A DNA stretch of 64,000 bases from Candidatus Sysuimicrobiota bacterium. GTDB taxonomy: Bacteria; Sysuimicrobiota; Sysuimicrobiia; Sysuimicrobiales; Sysuimicrobiaceae. Positions 1-8,884 of the stretch are shown one piece after another (position 1 is the stretch's first letter; every line of letters starts with the position of its first letter). The stretch lies in NCBI GenBank assembly GCA_040289515.1, contig PSLI01000005.1:1-64000 (forward strand). Reading direction: 5' to 3'. A model generated the notes under the pieces. That model searched no databases. It worked only from the letters and a program-made list of their open reading frames with translations, and was not told the DNA's origin. Both the position numbers and the translations under genes were made by a program.

Positions 1-364
1 CCCCTCCGGTGGCAATTGCCGCGATGCCTGCGAGCCACAAGGCAACCGCGTCGATCTCAGATTCGACGACGACGATGCAACCAGGGGCCCTCGCCCGCAT
101 TTGGTCGAGGCGATCAGCCCCATACGGCAGTATCGTCCCTCGGTCGTGGGCGCGCCACACCCACCTCGCCCCCGGGCCGTCTTTCTCCAGGCGCCGCCGG
201 ATATGCAAAGCCGGGGCGCCGTTGCCGGTGGGCCAGGGGATGGCCACACCATCTGGCCCGCTCTGCCATCCGAGCCGGGCTAGGACCCCTGACCCCATGC
301 CGCGGGCCCTTGCAAGTGCTTCCAGAGTGAGGGGGGGAGATGATATACTATCTTTGGCTCGCAC
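1..364 (-). CDS. Toprim-domain primase/replication protein of the integrated element, N-terminal part (runs off window start)
   Basis: Not in ORF track. Manual translation from GTG at 364 (RBS AGAGAGG) is open to the window edge and ends ...CIVVVESEIDAVALWLAGIAAIATGG, resembling the Toprim VEGExD...G motif. Confidence 0.7.
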   Translation of the reverse strand, partial: MRAKDSISSPPLTLEALARARGMGSGVLARLGWQSGPDGVAIPWPTGNGAPALHIRRRLEKDGPGARWVWRAHDRGTILPYGADRLDQMRARAPGCIVVVESEIDAVALWLAGIAAIATGG

Positions 365-479
365 GGTTTACCTCTCTAGCTCGCCCGGCTGGCCCCCGGG
401 CGGGTTTTTGTTTGTCTGGCGCAACAACTAAGCGCCCCTCTTGACAACTGGGACTAACGTGATACACTGACGACGGCAC
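348..479 (-). CDS. Small hypothetical ORF (43 aa) between excisionase and primase
   Basis: GTG at 479 preceded by AAGGAGG; MPSSVYHVSPSCQEGRLVVAPDKQKPARGPAGRAREVNRASQR*. Confidence 0.35.
   Translation of the reverse strand: MPSSVYHVSPSCQEGRLVVAPDKQKPARGPAGRAREVNRASQR
355..413 (+). ncRNA. Candidate antisense RNA covering the primase RBS/start
   Basis: TGA-TATACT at 341-349, then CCTCTCT (complement of RBS), GC hairpin 382-402 and T-tract 405-413. Confidence 0.45.
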
Positions 480-530
480 GTCCAGTGCCTCCTTGTCTTG
501 CCGCCCGGCCTGCGCCGCCGGGCGGTCGTC
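474..530 (+). ncRNA. Candidate antisense RNA covering RBS of the 43-aa ORF
   Basis: TTGACA 441-446 and TGA-TACACT 460-468, then CCTCCTT (anti-SD) and 9-bp hairpin 501-525. Confidence 0.4.
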
Positions 531-746
531 TCATTCACGTTCCCGCCGGCCACCGGTCACCACATGCCGGGCTAACCACAGCTCCAGCGCACGCCGGGGA
601 ATGCGCCGGGCGTTTCCGATCTTGACGTAGGCCAATTCACCGCGGGCCATCGCCTCGTACAGGAACGACCGACCCACCCCGGCAAAACGCATGGCCTCCG
701 GAATCGTCATGGCCCCATCCCTCACCAGCTCCAACTCACGGTCCAT
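531..746 (-). CDS. Excisionase-type helix-turn-helix protein (HTH_17/Xis)
   Basis: 71 aa, MTIPEAMRFAGVGRSFLYEAMARGELAYVKIGNARRIPRRAL; next to integrase. Confidence 0.85.
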   Translation of the reverse strand: MDRELELVRDGAMTIPEAMRFAGVGRSFLYEAMARGELAYVKIGNARRIPRRALELWLARHVVTGGRRERE

Positions 747-875
747 GGCTTAAGGCACCCCCATATCGTTGCGGACCCTTGCGCGTCCATCTAAGTCCGT
801 GATAGCGTAAAACCGCCGGCAACGGTATACGGTAGACGGCAACTTACGGCGATATTCGGCAACAAGGGGGGGATC

Positions 876-1529
876 ATGGCAAAACGAAGGCGGTTTCGGC
901 GCATTGCCCCTGAGATTTACGAGGAGATTCGCAGCATGGTCCAGGGGGGCTGCGTCACCAACGCGGCAGAACTCACCCGTTACCTGGAGACAAAATTCAC
1001 TAACCCTCCAAGCGAACGAACCGTTCGGGACGTGGTGCGGGAACTGCTTCCACCCGACCCGTCGGGGCCTTGGCAGCCTGGGCCGGACGATGACCCCGAA
1101 GAGGCGGCCCGGGTACTGGAGGCGTGGGCGGCGGCGGTGGCCCGGAGCAAGGGGCAGCCTAAGTGGCGGATGCCAAGCCGGGGGCGGGCGCGCTGGATTG
1201 CGTGGATTCGGGCGGGCTGGCCGGACCTGGACCCCGTGGTGGCGGTGGTGCTCGCGACCGACTACTGGGCCAGGAGAGCGAGCGGGAAAGACACGGCGGA
1301 CCTCGATGCCTACCTCGCTTTCACCCCCTGGCGGTCCACCGACCACTACAAGCGGTGGCAGGACGCATTGGAGGAGGGTCTGGCCGCTAAACCGCCGCTT
1401 TTCTACTTCACAGGGGCATCGGTCGCTGCCCTTCGGTGGGGGATGGAGCAGGCACGGGAAATGGAAAAGGCACGCGAAGGGGGGACAACAACGAATGCCA
1501 GGCAAGGGGCGCAAGAGACAGGGACGTAG
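876..1529 (+). CDS. Hypothetical protein, possible element repressor (N-terminal HTH-like segment)
   Basis: 217-aa ORF with G-rich RBS, divergent from xis, overlapping integrase start; PPSERTVRDVVREL resembles a wHTH recognition helix. Confidence 0.55.
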   Translation: MAKRRRFRRIAPEIYEEIRSMVQGGCVTNAAELTRYLETKFTNPPSERTVRDVVRELLPPDPSGPWQPGPDDDPEEAARVLEAWAAAVARSKGQPKWRMPSRGRARWIAWIRAGWPDLDPVVAVVLATDYWARRASGKDTADLDAYLAFTPWRSTDHYKRWQDALEEGLAAKPPLFYFTGASVAALRWGMEQAREMEKAREGGTTTNARQGAQETGT

Positions 1530-2637
1530 CCGGAAGGGCACGGGCACCATCTACGAGTACCGCCCCGGGCGGTTCCGGGGCATGCTCGACCTCGGCGTCG
1601 GCGCGGATGGCAAGCGCATCCGTGTCAGCACCACGGGGGGCAGTGTCGAAGAAGTGCAGCAGAAGCTCGACGCGATGAAGCAGGACGTGCTTCGGGGCCT
1701 GCCGATAAACTCCGAGAAACTCACGGTGGGCGAATATCTCGCCCGCTGGCTTGAAGATGCGGCACGGCCCGCCGTCAGGCCGAGCACGCACGTCCGTTAC
1801 GCGGCCATCATCCGCATCCACGTGGCGCCACGGATCGGCGCAATCCCTCTCGCGAAGCTCTCGCCTGTCCACGTGCAGGGCCTGTATGCTGACCTGGAGC
1901 GGGCCGGGGTCTCGCCACGCATGCGCCAGTTCACCCATGCCGTCCTCCACCGGGCACTGAACCAAGCCGTGAAGTGGCGCCTGGTTTCCCACAACGCGTG
2001 CGACGCGGTGGACCGCCCCCGGGTGCCGCGCAAGGAAGTGCGCACCCTTGACGCCGAACAAGCTCGGCGCCTCCTGGAAGCGGCCAGGGGGGACAGGTTG
2101 GAAGCCCTCTGCGTCCTCGCCTTGACCACGGGGATGCGCCAGGGCGAACTCCTGGGCCTGCAATGGGAAGACGTGGACTTGAAGGCGGGCACGGTGTCCG
2201 TCCGCCGCACCCTGTTGGAATTGAACGGCAAGCTGGCCCCCGGCGAAACCAAGTCGGGCAGACCCCGACGGGTGGACCTGCCCGACATAGCCGTGGAAGC
2301 GTTGCGGGAGCACCGCAAGCGCATGCTGGCGGAGGGTCACCCTGGCCCCTGGGTGTTCTGCGACACCAGGGGCGGCCCGATCCGCAGGAACAACATCATT
2401 CGCCGCTGGTTCAAGCCGCTGGTCAGGCGGGCCGGCCTCCCAGACATCCGCTTCCATGATCTCCGGCACACGGCGGCCACGCTCCTGCTCAGGTTGGGCG
2501 TCCATCCCAAGGTCGTGCAGGAGCGGTTGGGCCACTCCCAGATCGGCGTTACGCTCGATACCTACAGCCACGTGTTGCCCTCCATGCAGAAGGAGGCGGC
2601 CCGGAAGCTGGACGCTATCTTCCGCCCGGCGCGATAG
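1495..2637 (+). CDS. Tyrosine recombinase / site-specific integrase
   Basis: TGMRQGELLGL, RFHDLRHTAAT, LGHSQIGVTLDTYSH catalytic motifs; N-terminal GTGTIY arm-binding segment; start placed at ATG 1495. Confidence 0.95.
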   Translation: MPGKGRKRQGRSRKGTGTIYEYRPGRFRGMLDLGVGADGKRIRVSTTGGSVEEVQQKLDAMKQDVLRGLPINSEKLTVGEYLARWLEDAARPAVRPSTHVRYAAIIRIHVAPRIGAIPLAKLSPVHVQGLYADLERAGVSPRMRQFTHAVLHRALNQAVKWRLVSHNACDAVDRPRVPRKEVRTLDAEQARRLLEAARGDRLEALCVLALTTGMRQGELLGLQWEDVDLKAGTVSVRRTLLELNGKLAPGETKSGRPRRVDLPDIAVEALREHRKRMLAEGHPGPWVFCDTRGGPIRRNNIIRRWFKPLVRRAGLPDIRFHDLRHTAATLLLRLGVHPKVVQERLGHSQIGVTLDTYSHVLPSMQKEAARKLDAIFRPAR

Positions 2638-2725
2638 GCACACTTTAGGCACACCTTCTGGCCCACCGCCCCCGAACACAGAATCGACCCTGAGGCAGAA
2701 ACCATCGTGCTGCGGGCATTTCAGC

Positions 2726-2800
2726 TGGAGCCGGCGGGGGGATTCGAACCCCCGACACGCGGATTACAAATCCGCCGCTCTGCCGCTGAGCTACGCCGGC
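2726..2800 (-). tRNA. tRNA-Thr(UGU)
   Basis: Reverse complement GCCGGCGTAGCTCAGCGGCAGAGCGGCGGATTTGTAATCCGCGTGTCGGGGGTTCGAATCCCCCCGCCGGCTCCA; cloverleaf, TGT anticodon, encoded CCA. Confidence 0.97.
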
Positions 2801-2961
2801 CCCGGCTGCAGCGTACCACACAGGACGTGTGAAGGACAGAAACGCGGGCGGTACCGCCAGCAGGTCCCAAAGGACGGACCGCACGAGCCCGTTCGCCGTC
2901 GCGCAGACCACCAGGGCCACGGCCCGTGCCGAGCCCCCGCCCGACAGCGCCCCGGCCATCC

Positions 2962-3351
2962 TCACCACCCCAGGCTCAGGGGCCAGGGCTCCGGGATAGC
3001 CAAAAACATGAGGGCGCTGCCCGCCAGGGCCAAGTTCTTGGTGAAGTTCACCATCTCGCCCATCTTCTGCATGGGGTCTTGCACGGTCCAGAAGTTGTGC
3101 ATCCAGAAGGCCACCACCACCAGGAACACCACCACGGCCGCCACGCCCAGGCGCACGTACGCGCCCAACAGGATGGACAGCCCTCCCACCAGCAGCAACA
3201 GGCCGCCGAGCACCACCATCACGGTGGGGGCGGGGACCCCCTTGCTGGCCGCGTAGTCGCTCAGCATCTGTGTTCGGATGAAGTGGTTGACCGCGTTGAA
3301 CAGGTAGTACACGCCCACCACGATCCGGCCGATCAAAAACAGGGTCTCCAT
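2962..3351 (-). CDS. DoxX family membrane protein
   Basis: LIGRI...NH, four hydrophobic helices, HNFW and FTKNLALAG. Confidence 0.9.
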   Translation of the reverse strand: METLFLIGRIVVGVYYLFNAVNHFIRTQMLSDYAASKGVPAPTVMVVLGGLLLLVGGLSILLGAYVRLGVAAVVVFLVVVAFWMHNFWTVQDPMQKMGEMVNFTKNLALAGSALMFLAIPEPWPLSLGW

Positions 3352-3409
3352 GGTCCTTCCTTTCCTCCTTGTAATGATGGAAATAAAGCCGACGCGGCGA
3401 GCTCCTCCG

Positions 3410-3685
3410 TCAGCCCTGCTCCCACCTCCCCCAGCGGCCCAGGACGCGACGCAGCAGGGCGCGGTTCAGCCGGAAGTAGTGGTACGGGCCCTCCTTGCGG
3501 ACCCGGATCAGGCCGCACCCCTGCAGCACCCGGAAGTGGTGGGAGAGAGCGGGAGCGCTCAGGCGGAAGTGCTTGGACAGCTCCCGGCAGGCGATCTCCT
3601 CCCGACCCGCCAGCAGCTGCACGATGCGGTACCGGGTGAGATCCCCCAGAGCTCGAAACACGCGCACCGCTCGTCGGTCGTCCAT
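3410..3685 (-). CDS. ArsR/SmtB family transcriptional regulator
   Basis: FRALGDLTRYRIV...LSAPALSHHFRVL...GLIRVRKEG. Confidence 0.9.
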   Translation of the reverse strand: MDDRRAVRVFRALGDLTRYRIVQLLAGREEIACRELSKHFRLSAPALSHHFRVLQGCGLIRVRKEGPYHYFRLNRALLRRVLGRWGRWEQG

Positions 3686-3787
3686 GGCCTGACTTCGAAA
3701 GTCGCTTAAATCCTAACGCGCTCCACAGGGGGGATCAAGGCTGCCCGCGCAGGCGCCACAGGTCCGGATGCGCGCTCCACCCCGCCG

Positions 3788-5110
3788 TCACCGGGCGGGC
3801 CCCACCACCGCCACCACGGGGTGCTCCAGGTACCGCCGGCCGACCCGGTGCACGTCCGAAGCGGTGACCTTGGCTACGCGTTCTGCAACCTCCGTGTCGA
3901 AGCGGTAGCCCACCCCCAGCAGTTCGTACCACGCGGGGTAGAAGGCCCGGCGCCGTAGGTCCTCGTGGTCCAGAAGGTGGAGGCCCACCACGCGGCTGCG
4001 TGCCCGGGCCACCTCCTCGTCGGGGACGGGGCGGGATCGCAACGCTTCCACCTCCCGCAGCATAGCCGCCATGGCCCGGTCCACGTTCGCGGGGTCAACA
4101 CCCGCACTGAGGGTGAGCGCCCCAGGCCCTCGTTGTGTGGGGAACGCGGCGCCCACGGCGTACGCGAGGCCCTCCCGCTCCCGCAGGGACTGGAACAGCC
4201 GAGAAGCCATGCCGCCTCCCAGAAGGGTGGCCGCCACGCGCAGCGCGGGCCAGTCCGGGTGGCCCACCCCCACTCCCAGGTAACCCAGGGCGATCCACGC
4301 GGCCGCCGTCTGCTGCACTTCCCTCAGCTCCCGCTGCGCCCGCGGCTGCTCCGCCAGCACCCGCTCCACCCGCTCTAGCAGGTGCAGGCGCCTGGGTACG
4401 GGTGTAGAAGGCAGGGCGGCGAACAGCCTCTGGATCTTGGCTACGGCCACCGCGGCGGGCACCTCTCCGGCCACCGAGACCACCACGTTGGGTGCCGTGT
4501 ACACGGCGGCGTGGTAGCGCACCAAGTCCTCCCGGCGAAGGTGCGCCAGGCTTTCGGGGGTGCCCAGCACCGGGTTGCGGTACGGGTGATGCGGGTACAG
4601 GGCTTGGCTCACCAGTTCTGCCGCCCGCGCCTGCGGCTGGTCGCGCTGCTGGCGCAGCCGCACCAGGTTCACGCGCCGCTGGGCCTCCACATCCTCCGGC
4701 GCGAAACGGGGCTGCGTCAGGACCTCTACGAGAAGCTCCAGGGCAGGGTCCAAGCCTTCCTGCGGCACCAACAGCGTCCACTCGGTGTGGTCCAGGCCCG
4801 TGAGGGCCCGCAGCTCGGCACCCAGGACGTCCATGGCCTCCGCCAGCTGGTGGCCATCCCGGCGCAACGTGCCTTTTAGCATTACCTCCCGGGCGAGGAC
4901 GGAGATCCCCGCCTGAGACCGTTCCTCCACCCTCGGGCCGGCACCCACCAGCACCGACACCGCCACCAGACCCTGGGCGGGCAGCTCCTGGGCCAGAACG
5001 CGCAGGCCGCTGGGAAGCCGCCAGAACACGGGCTGTGCCGGCTGCGGGCGCGCGGGCAAGGAAATGCCCAGCACCGCACACAGCGCCAGCGCCACCGCCA
5101 CGGCCCTCAC
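3788..5110 (-). CDS. M16 family peptidase-like subunit lacking HxxEH (likely non-catalytic partner)
   Basis: M16 motifs (LGGGMASRLFQSLREREGLAY); zinc motif replaced; signal peptide. Confidence 0.85.
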   Translation of the reverse strand: MRAVAVALALCAVLGISLPARPQPAQPVFWRLPSGLRVLAQELPAQGLVAVSVLVGAGPRVEERSQAGISVLAREVMLKGTLRRDGHQLAEAMDVLGAELRALTGLDHTEWTLLVPQEGLDPALELLVEVLTQPRFAPEDVEAQRRVNLVRLRQQRDQPQARAAELVSQALYPHHPYRNPVLGTPESLAHLRREDLVRYHAAVYTAPNVVVSVAGEVPAAVAVAKIQRLFAALPSTPVPRRLHLLERVERVLAEQPRAQRELREVQQTAAAWIALGYLGVGVGHPDWPALRVAATLLGGGMASRLFQSLREREGLAYAVGAAFPTQRGPGALTLSAGVDPANVDRAMAAMLREVEALRSRPVPDEEVARARSRVVGLHLLDHEDLRRRAFYPAWYELLGVGYRFDTEVAERVAKVTASDVHRVGRRYLEHPVVAVVGPAR

Positions 5111-6417
5111 GGTGCCCTCCGGGGCCGGAGAGCCACCACCGCGTACCGGTCCGGGTGCAGGTAGCGGCGTGCCACCTCCAGGACGTCCTCCCGGGTGATC
5201 GCACGCACGTTCTCCAGGTACGTGCGGTGGTAGTCCAGATCCGCCACGGTGGCGGCGAACCCCAGACTGGCCGCAAGCCCCCGGCTGGTGTGCTGCTCCA
5301 CCCGCACCTCGGCCTCAAGAAGCGTCTTGGCGCGCTCCACCTCCTCCTCGGACAACCCCTCGCTGCGGAGCCGGCGCACTTCCCCGAGGATGGCACCCTC
5401 GGCGCGGGTTTCGTCGGGGTCCCCTGTGGAGGCCACCACGTAGATGAGGGATGGGTCCTTCGCGGTGGGGAAACCCACGGACAAGGTCTGCACCACCCGC
5501 TGTCGGTCCCGGAGCTCCCGCAGCCACCGGCCCGCGCGGCCGCGTCCGAGGGCGTACACCAGCACGTCCACCGCATAGTGGTCCGGGTTCCGCACGTCCG
5601 GTCCCAACCAGCCCAGGGCGAGGGTGGTAACCTGTACGTCCCGCACCTCCACGGCACGCCGCACCCGATCCATGGGGGGTTCGCGGGGCGGGGCTGGCTG
5701 ACGCACCACCTCACGTCGCCACCTGCCCAACAGCGCGCGCACCTGTTCCACAACGCGACGCGGCCGCACCCCTCCCGCCGCCACCACGGTGACGTTGGCG
5801 GGCCCGTAGTGGCTGCGGTAAAAACCCACTAGCTGCTCCCGGGACAGGCGACGGACGCTTTCCGGGGAGCCTCCCACGGGCCGACGGTACGGGTGCACCG
5901 TAAAGGCGGTCTCAAACAGGCGGAACACCGCGAAGCGCGCCGGCGTGTCGTGGATTAGGCTGAGCTCCTGCAGGATCACCGCCCGCTCCCGCTCCACCTC
6001 CCGAGGATCGAAGACGGGGTCCGTGAGGGCATCCGCCTGGATCTCCAGGGCTTGGCCCACCGCCGCGGCCGGCACCACCACGTAGTAGTGGGTAGCGTCG
6101 AAGCCGGTAGAGGCGTTCGTCCACCCTCCCAAGGTCTCCACCTCCCGGGCCAGCTGCCCCACGGGACGCCGCTGGGTGCCCTTGAACAGCATGTGCTCCA
6201 CGAAGTGCGCAGCCCCCGACACCTCGTCCGTCTCATCCCGGGATCCGGCCCGCACCCACACGTCCACGGTGGCGGCAGGGGAGCCGGGTTGCTCAGCCAC
6301 GACCACCCGCAGCCCGTTGGGTAGGACCTCCTGCAGCAGGGTCGGCTCGATGCCGGACCTGGGTGGCGCCGCCGCGACCACCAGAGCCAGCACCAGCAGC
6401 ACCCACGCCCGCCGCAT
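5107..6417 (-). CDS. M16 family zinc peptidase (catalytic subunit)
   Basis: GAAHFVEHMLFKGT; signal peptide MRRAWVLLVLALVVAAA. Confidence 0.9.
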   Translation of the reverse strand: MRRAWVLLVLALVVAAAPPRSGIEPTLLQEVLPNGLRVVVAEQPGSPAATVDVWVRAGSRDETDEVSGAAHFVEHMLFKGTQRRPVGQLAREVETLGGWTNASTGFDATHYYVVVPAAAVGQALEIQADALTDPVFDPREVERERAVILQELSLIHDTPARFAVFRLFETAFTVHPYRRPVGGSPESVRRLSREQLVGFYRSHYGPANVTVVAAGGVRPRRVVEQVRALLGRWRREVVRQPAPPREPPMDRVRRAVEVRDVQVTTLALGWLGPDVRNPDHYAVDVLVYALGRGRAGRWLRELRDRQRVVQTLSVGFPTAKDPSLIYVVASTGDPDETRAEGAILGEVRRLRSEGLSEEEVERAKTLLEAEVRVEQHTSRGLAASLGFAATVADLDYHRTYLENVRAITREDVLEVARRYLHPDRYAVVALRPRRAP

Positions 6418-6836
6418 CACGTCTGCTCCACCGGTTCCCAGTAGCACACCGCCTCGCCCTGCGCCACCACCTCCCCACGGTGGTTGGTGCAGCCTACCCA
6501 CAGGGTCACCACGGGCTTGTCTTGACGCACAGCCACCACCTCGGCCCATGCGGTCAGCGTGTCCCCCACATAGGTGGGCTTGCGGAAATCCAGACGGCAG
6601 GACAGCAGAATGGCCCCCGGGCCCGGCAGTCGCATGCCCAGAACCGCGGACACGAACCCACCCAGCAGCATCCCATGGGCCACGCGCTGGCCGAACCGGG
6701 TGCGGGCGGCGTACACGGCGTCCAAGTGGAGGGGGTTGAAGTCGCCCGACAGTCCCGCGAACCCCACCACGTCCGCCTCGGTCACGGTCCGGCGCAGTTC
6801 CGCCCGCTGGCCCACGGTAAAGGGCACGGTCCTCAT
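6417..6836 (-). CDS. MaoC family (R)-hydratase/dehydratase
   Basis: FAGLSGDFNPLHLD...RVAHGML; RBS GGAGG before ATG 6836. Confidence 0.9.
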   Translation of the reverse strand: MRTVPFTVGQRAELRRTVTEADVVGFAGLSGDFNPLHLDAVYAARTRFGQRVAHGMLLGGFVSAVLGMRLPGPGAILLSCRLDFRKPTYVGDTLTAWAEVVAVRQDKPVVTLWVGCTNHRGEVVAQGEAVCYWEPVEQT

Positions 6837-6904
6837 GTACCACACCTCCCCTCTCGGCATCCCTCCCCTGGTATAATCTCTTTGACGCACCACCGGAGGC
6901 CGCC

Positions 6905-7882
6905 TTGCAGGACCAGTACGGCCGTCAAATCCGCGACCTGCGGATCTCCCTCACCGACCGGTGTAACCTCCGGTGTGTGTACTGTATGCCCGCGCAGGGC
7001 ATCTCCTTCCGGCCGCCCGAGCAGCTGCTGCAGGACCACGAAATCCTGCTGCTGACCCGGATCGCTGCGGAGCTGGGGGTCACGAAGGTCCGCCTCACAG
7101 GCGGGGAGCCCACCGTCCGCCCAGGCCTGGTGGACCTGGTACGGGGCATTGCGGCCATTCCCGGGATCCAGGATGTGGCTTTGACGACCAACGGCGTCCG
7201 GCTGCGGGAGCTGGCGGCTCCCCTCGCCGCGGCGGGGCTGCGCCGGGTGAACGTGAGCCTGGACACCCTGGATCCGGAGCAGTTCCGGCGCATCACCCGG
7301 GGCGGGCGGCTGCGGGACGTGCTGGAAGGGATCGAGGCCGCGGAGCGGGCGGGGCTTCGACCCGTCAAGCTCAACACGGTGGTAGTGCGGGGCTTCAACG
7401 AGGAGGCGGTCGTGCCCCTGGCGGCGCTGACCCTGGAGCAGCCCTGGGAAGTGCGGTTTATCGAGGTGATGCCCTTCGGGGAGGTGGCCGACTTCGCGGA
7501 GGGCAGCGTGGTGCGCAGTGAGGAGACCCTGCAGCGCCTTCAGGAGGCATTCGGCCCCCTGGAACCCCTGGACCTTTCGGGGGAGGAGCCGGCACGCACC
7601 TACCGGATCCAGGGCGCTGTGGGCACCGTGGGGCTCATCAGCCCCATCAGCGAGCCCTTCTGCGCCAAGTGCGGCCGCCTGCGCCTGACCGCGGACGGCA
7701 AGCTGCGCCTGTGCCTGCTGCGGGATGAGGAGGAGGATCTGCTGACCCCCTTGCGGGCGGGTGCCTCGTACGAGGAGCTGCGGGAGATCTTTCGGGCTGC
7801 GGCCTACCGGCGGCCCTTCGGCCACGCCCTGGCAGAGCGGTTGATCCCCCGTCAGCGGGTGATGATCCAAATCGGCGGCTGA
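6905..7882 (+). CDS. moaA: GTP 3',8-cyclase MoaA
   Basis: LRISLTDRCNLRCVYC radical SAM motif, second cluster CAKC...C, C-terminal IGG. Confidence 0.95.
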   Translation: MQDQYGRQIRDLRISLTDRCNLRCVYCMPAQGISFRPPEQLLQDHEILLLTRIAAELGVTKVRLTGGEPTVRPGLVDLVRGIAAIPGIQDVALTTNGVRLRELAAPLAAAGLRRVNVSLDTLDPEQFRRITRGGRLRDVLEGIEAAERAGLRPVKLNTVVVRGFNEEAVVPLAALTLEQPWEVRFIEVMPFGEVADFAEGSVVRSEETLQRLQEAFGPLEPLDLSGEEPARTYRIQGAVGTVGLISPISEPFCAKCGRLRLTADGKLRLCLLRDEEEDLLTPLRAGASYEELREIFRAAAYRRPFGHALAERLIPRQRVMIQIGG

Positions 7883-7888
7883 CCTCCC

Positions 7889-8032
7889 TCAGGCGTCCTC
7901 GGGGTCCACCCACGACTCCTCCTGCGGCTCGAACCGGGCGTGGCACCGGGGGCAGGTCACCAGCTCCCCGGGTTCCACGGGCGACAACCGCAGGACCTCA
8001 GCAGTACAGTGGGGACACAGGATGCGGACCAC
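7889..8032 (-). CDS. 47-aa zinc-ribbon protein, LysW-like
   Basis: Not in ORF track; MVRILCPHCTAEVLRLSPVEPGELVTCPRCHARFEPQEESWVDPEDA*, two CxxC, starts 8 nt after sigH stop. Confidence 0.7.
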   Translation of the reverse strand: MVRILCPHCTAEVLRLSPVEPGELVTCPRCHARFEPQEESWVDPEDA

Positions 8033-8040
8033 GCGCCCGG

Positions 8041-8676
8041 CTAGTCGTCCCGCTCAAGGTTCTTCTCCAGCTTCCGCTTGACCCGCTGCAATGCGTTGTC
8101 GATGGACTTCACGTGCCGCTGGAGCTCGTTGGCCATCTCCTGGTAGGACTTCCCGTCCAGGTACAGGTTCAGCACCCGGTGCTCCAGCTCGCTGAGGTTC
8201 TGACGGATCCGCTGGCGCATGCGGGCGGAGGACTCCCGGTTGATCACCAGCTCCTCCGGATCGGCCACCCGCAGCCCTCCGATGACATCCAGGAGGGTCC
8301 GGTCGGAGTCGTCGTCGTAGAGGGGCTTGTTCAGGGAGACGTAAGAGTTCAGGGGGATGTGCTTCTGCCGGGTCGCCGTCTTGATGGCGGTGATGATCTG
8401 CCGGGTGATGCACAGCTCCGCGAAGGCCCGGAAGGAGCTGAGCTTGTCCCGCCGGAAGTCCCGGATGGCCTTGTACAGACCGATCATGCCCTCCTGGATG
8501 ATGTCCTCCCGGTCCGCGCCGATGAGGAAGTAGGCCTTGGCTTTGACGCGGACGAAGTTGCGGTACTTGTGGATGAGGAACTCGGAGGCCCCGTCGTCCC
8601 CGGCTTTGGCAGCCTCGACCAGATCCTCGTCCAGCATCTCGGAGTACGGAGTCGCTTCCTTGCGCGCCACCGCCAC
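8041..8676 (-). CDS. sigH: RNA polymerase sigma factor SigH
   Basis: YFLIGADREDIIQEGMIGLYKAIRDF, ATRQKHIPLNSYVSL, KSIDNALQRVKRKL; follows rlmB. Confidence 0.95.
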   Translation of the reverse strand: MAVARKEATPYSEMLDEDLVEAAKAGDDGASEFLIHKYRNFVRVKAKAYFLIGADREDIIQEGMIGLYKAIRDFRRDKLSSFRAFAELCITRQIITAIKTATRQKHIPLNSYVSLNKPLYDDDSDRTLLDVIGGLRVADPEELVINRESSARMRQRIRQNLSELEHRVLNLYLDGKSYQEMANELQRHVKSIDNALQRVKRKLEKNLERDD

Positions 8677-8736
8677 GGGTCTCGCCTCCGCGCCGGTTCA
8701 GGCTTGTCCGACTGCCATTGCCCGCAAACTAAGGCG

Positions 8737-8765
8737 ATTATAGAGACGGTCTATCCGCCGGTCAA
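8737..8765 (-). promoter_or_regulatory. Sigma70-type promoter for sigH
   Basis: TTGACC-17 nt-TATAAT. Confidence 0.75.
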
Positions 8766-8884
8766 GGACACGGGGGCGGAATTGCGCGCACCGACAGCTG
8801 TCCGGACCGGGTCGGGGTCACCCGCGAGTCCCTCCCACGCCACCACCGTGGCGGCCGCTGCCCCGGCAGCCCACCCGAGCCTCC

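Larger units (their letters stand above)
1..2726. mobile_element. Right end of an integrative element (IME/satellite-like) inserted at tRNA-Thr 3' end
   Basis: int, xis and primase-like genes end about 90 bp from the tRNA CCA; other boundary is outside the window. Confidence 0.8.

Noticed and set aside
904..1494. Long N-terminal extension of the integrase (577-aa ORF)
   Set aside because: Overlaps the 217-aa gene and is not protein-like; integrase homology begins at ATG 1495
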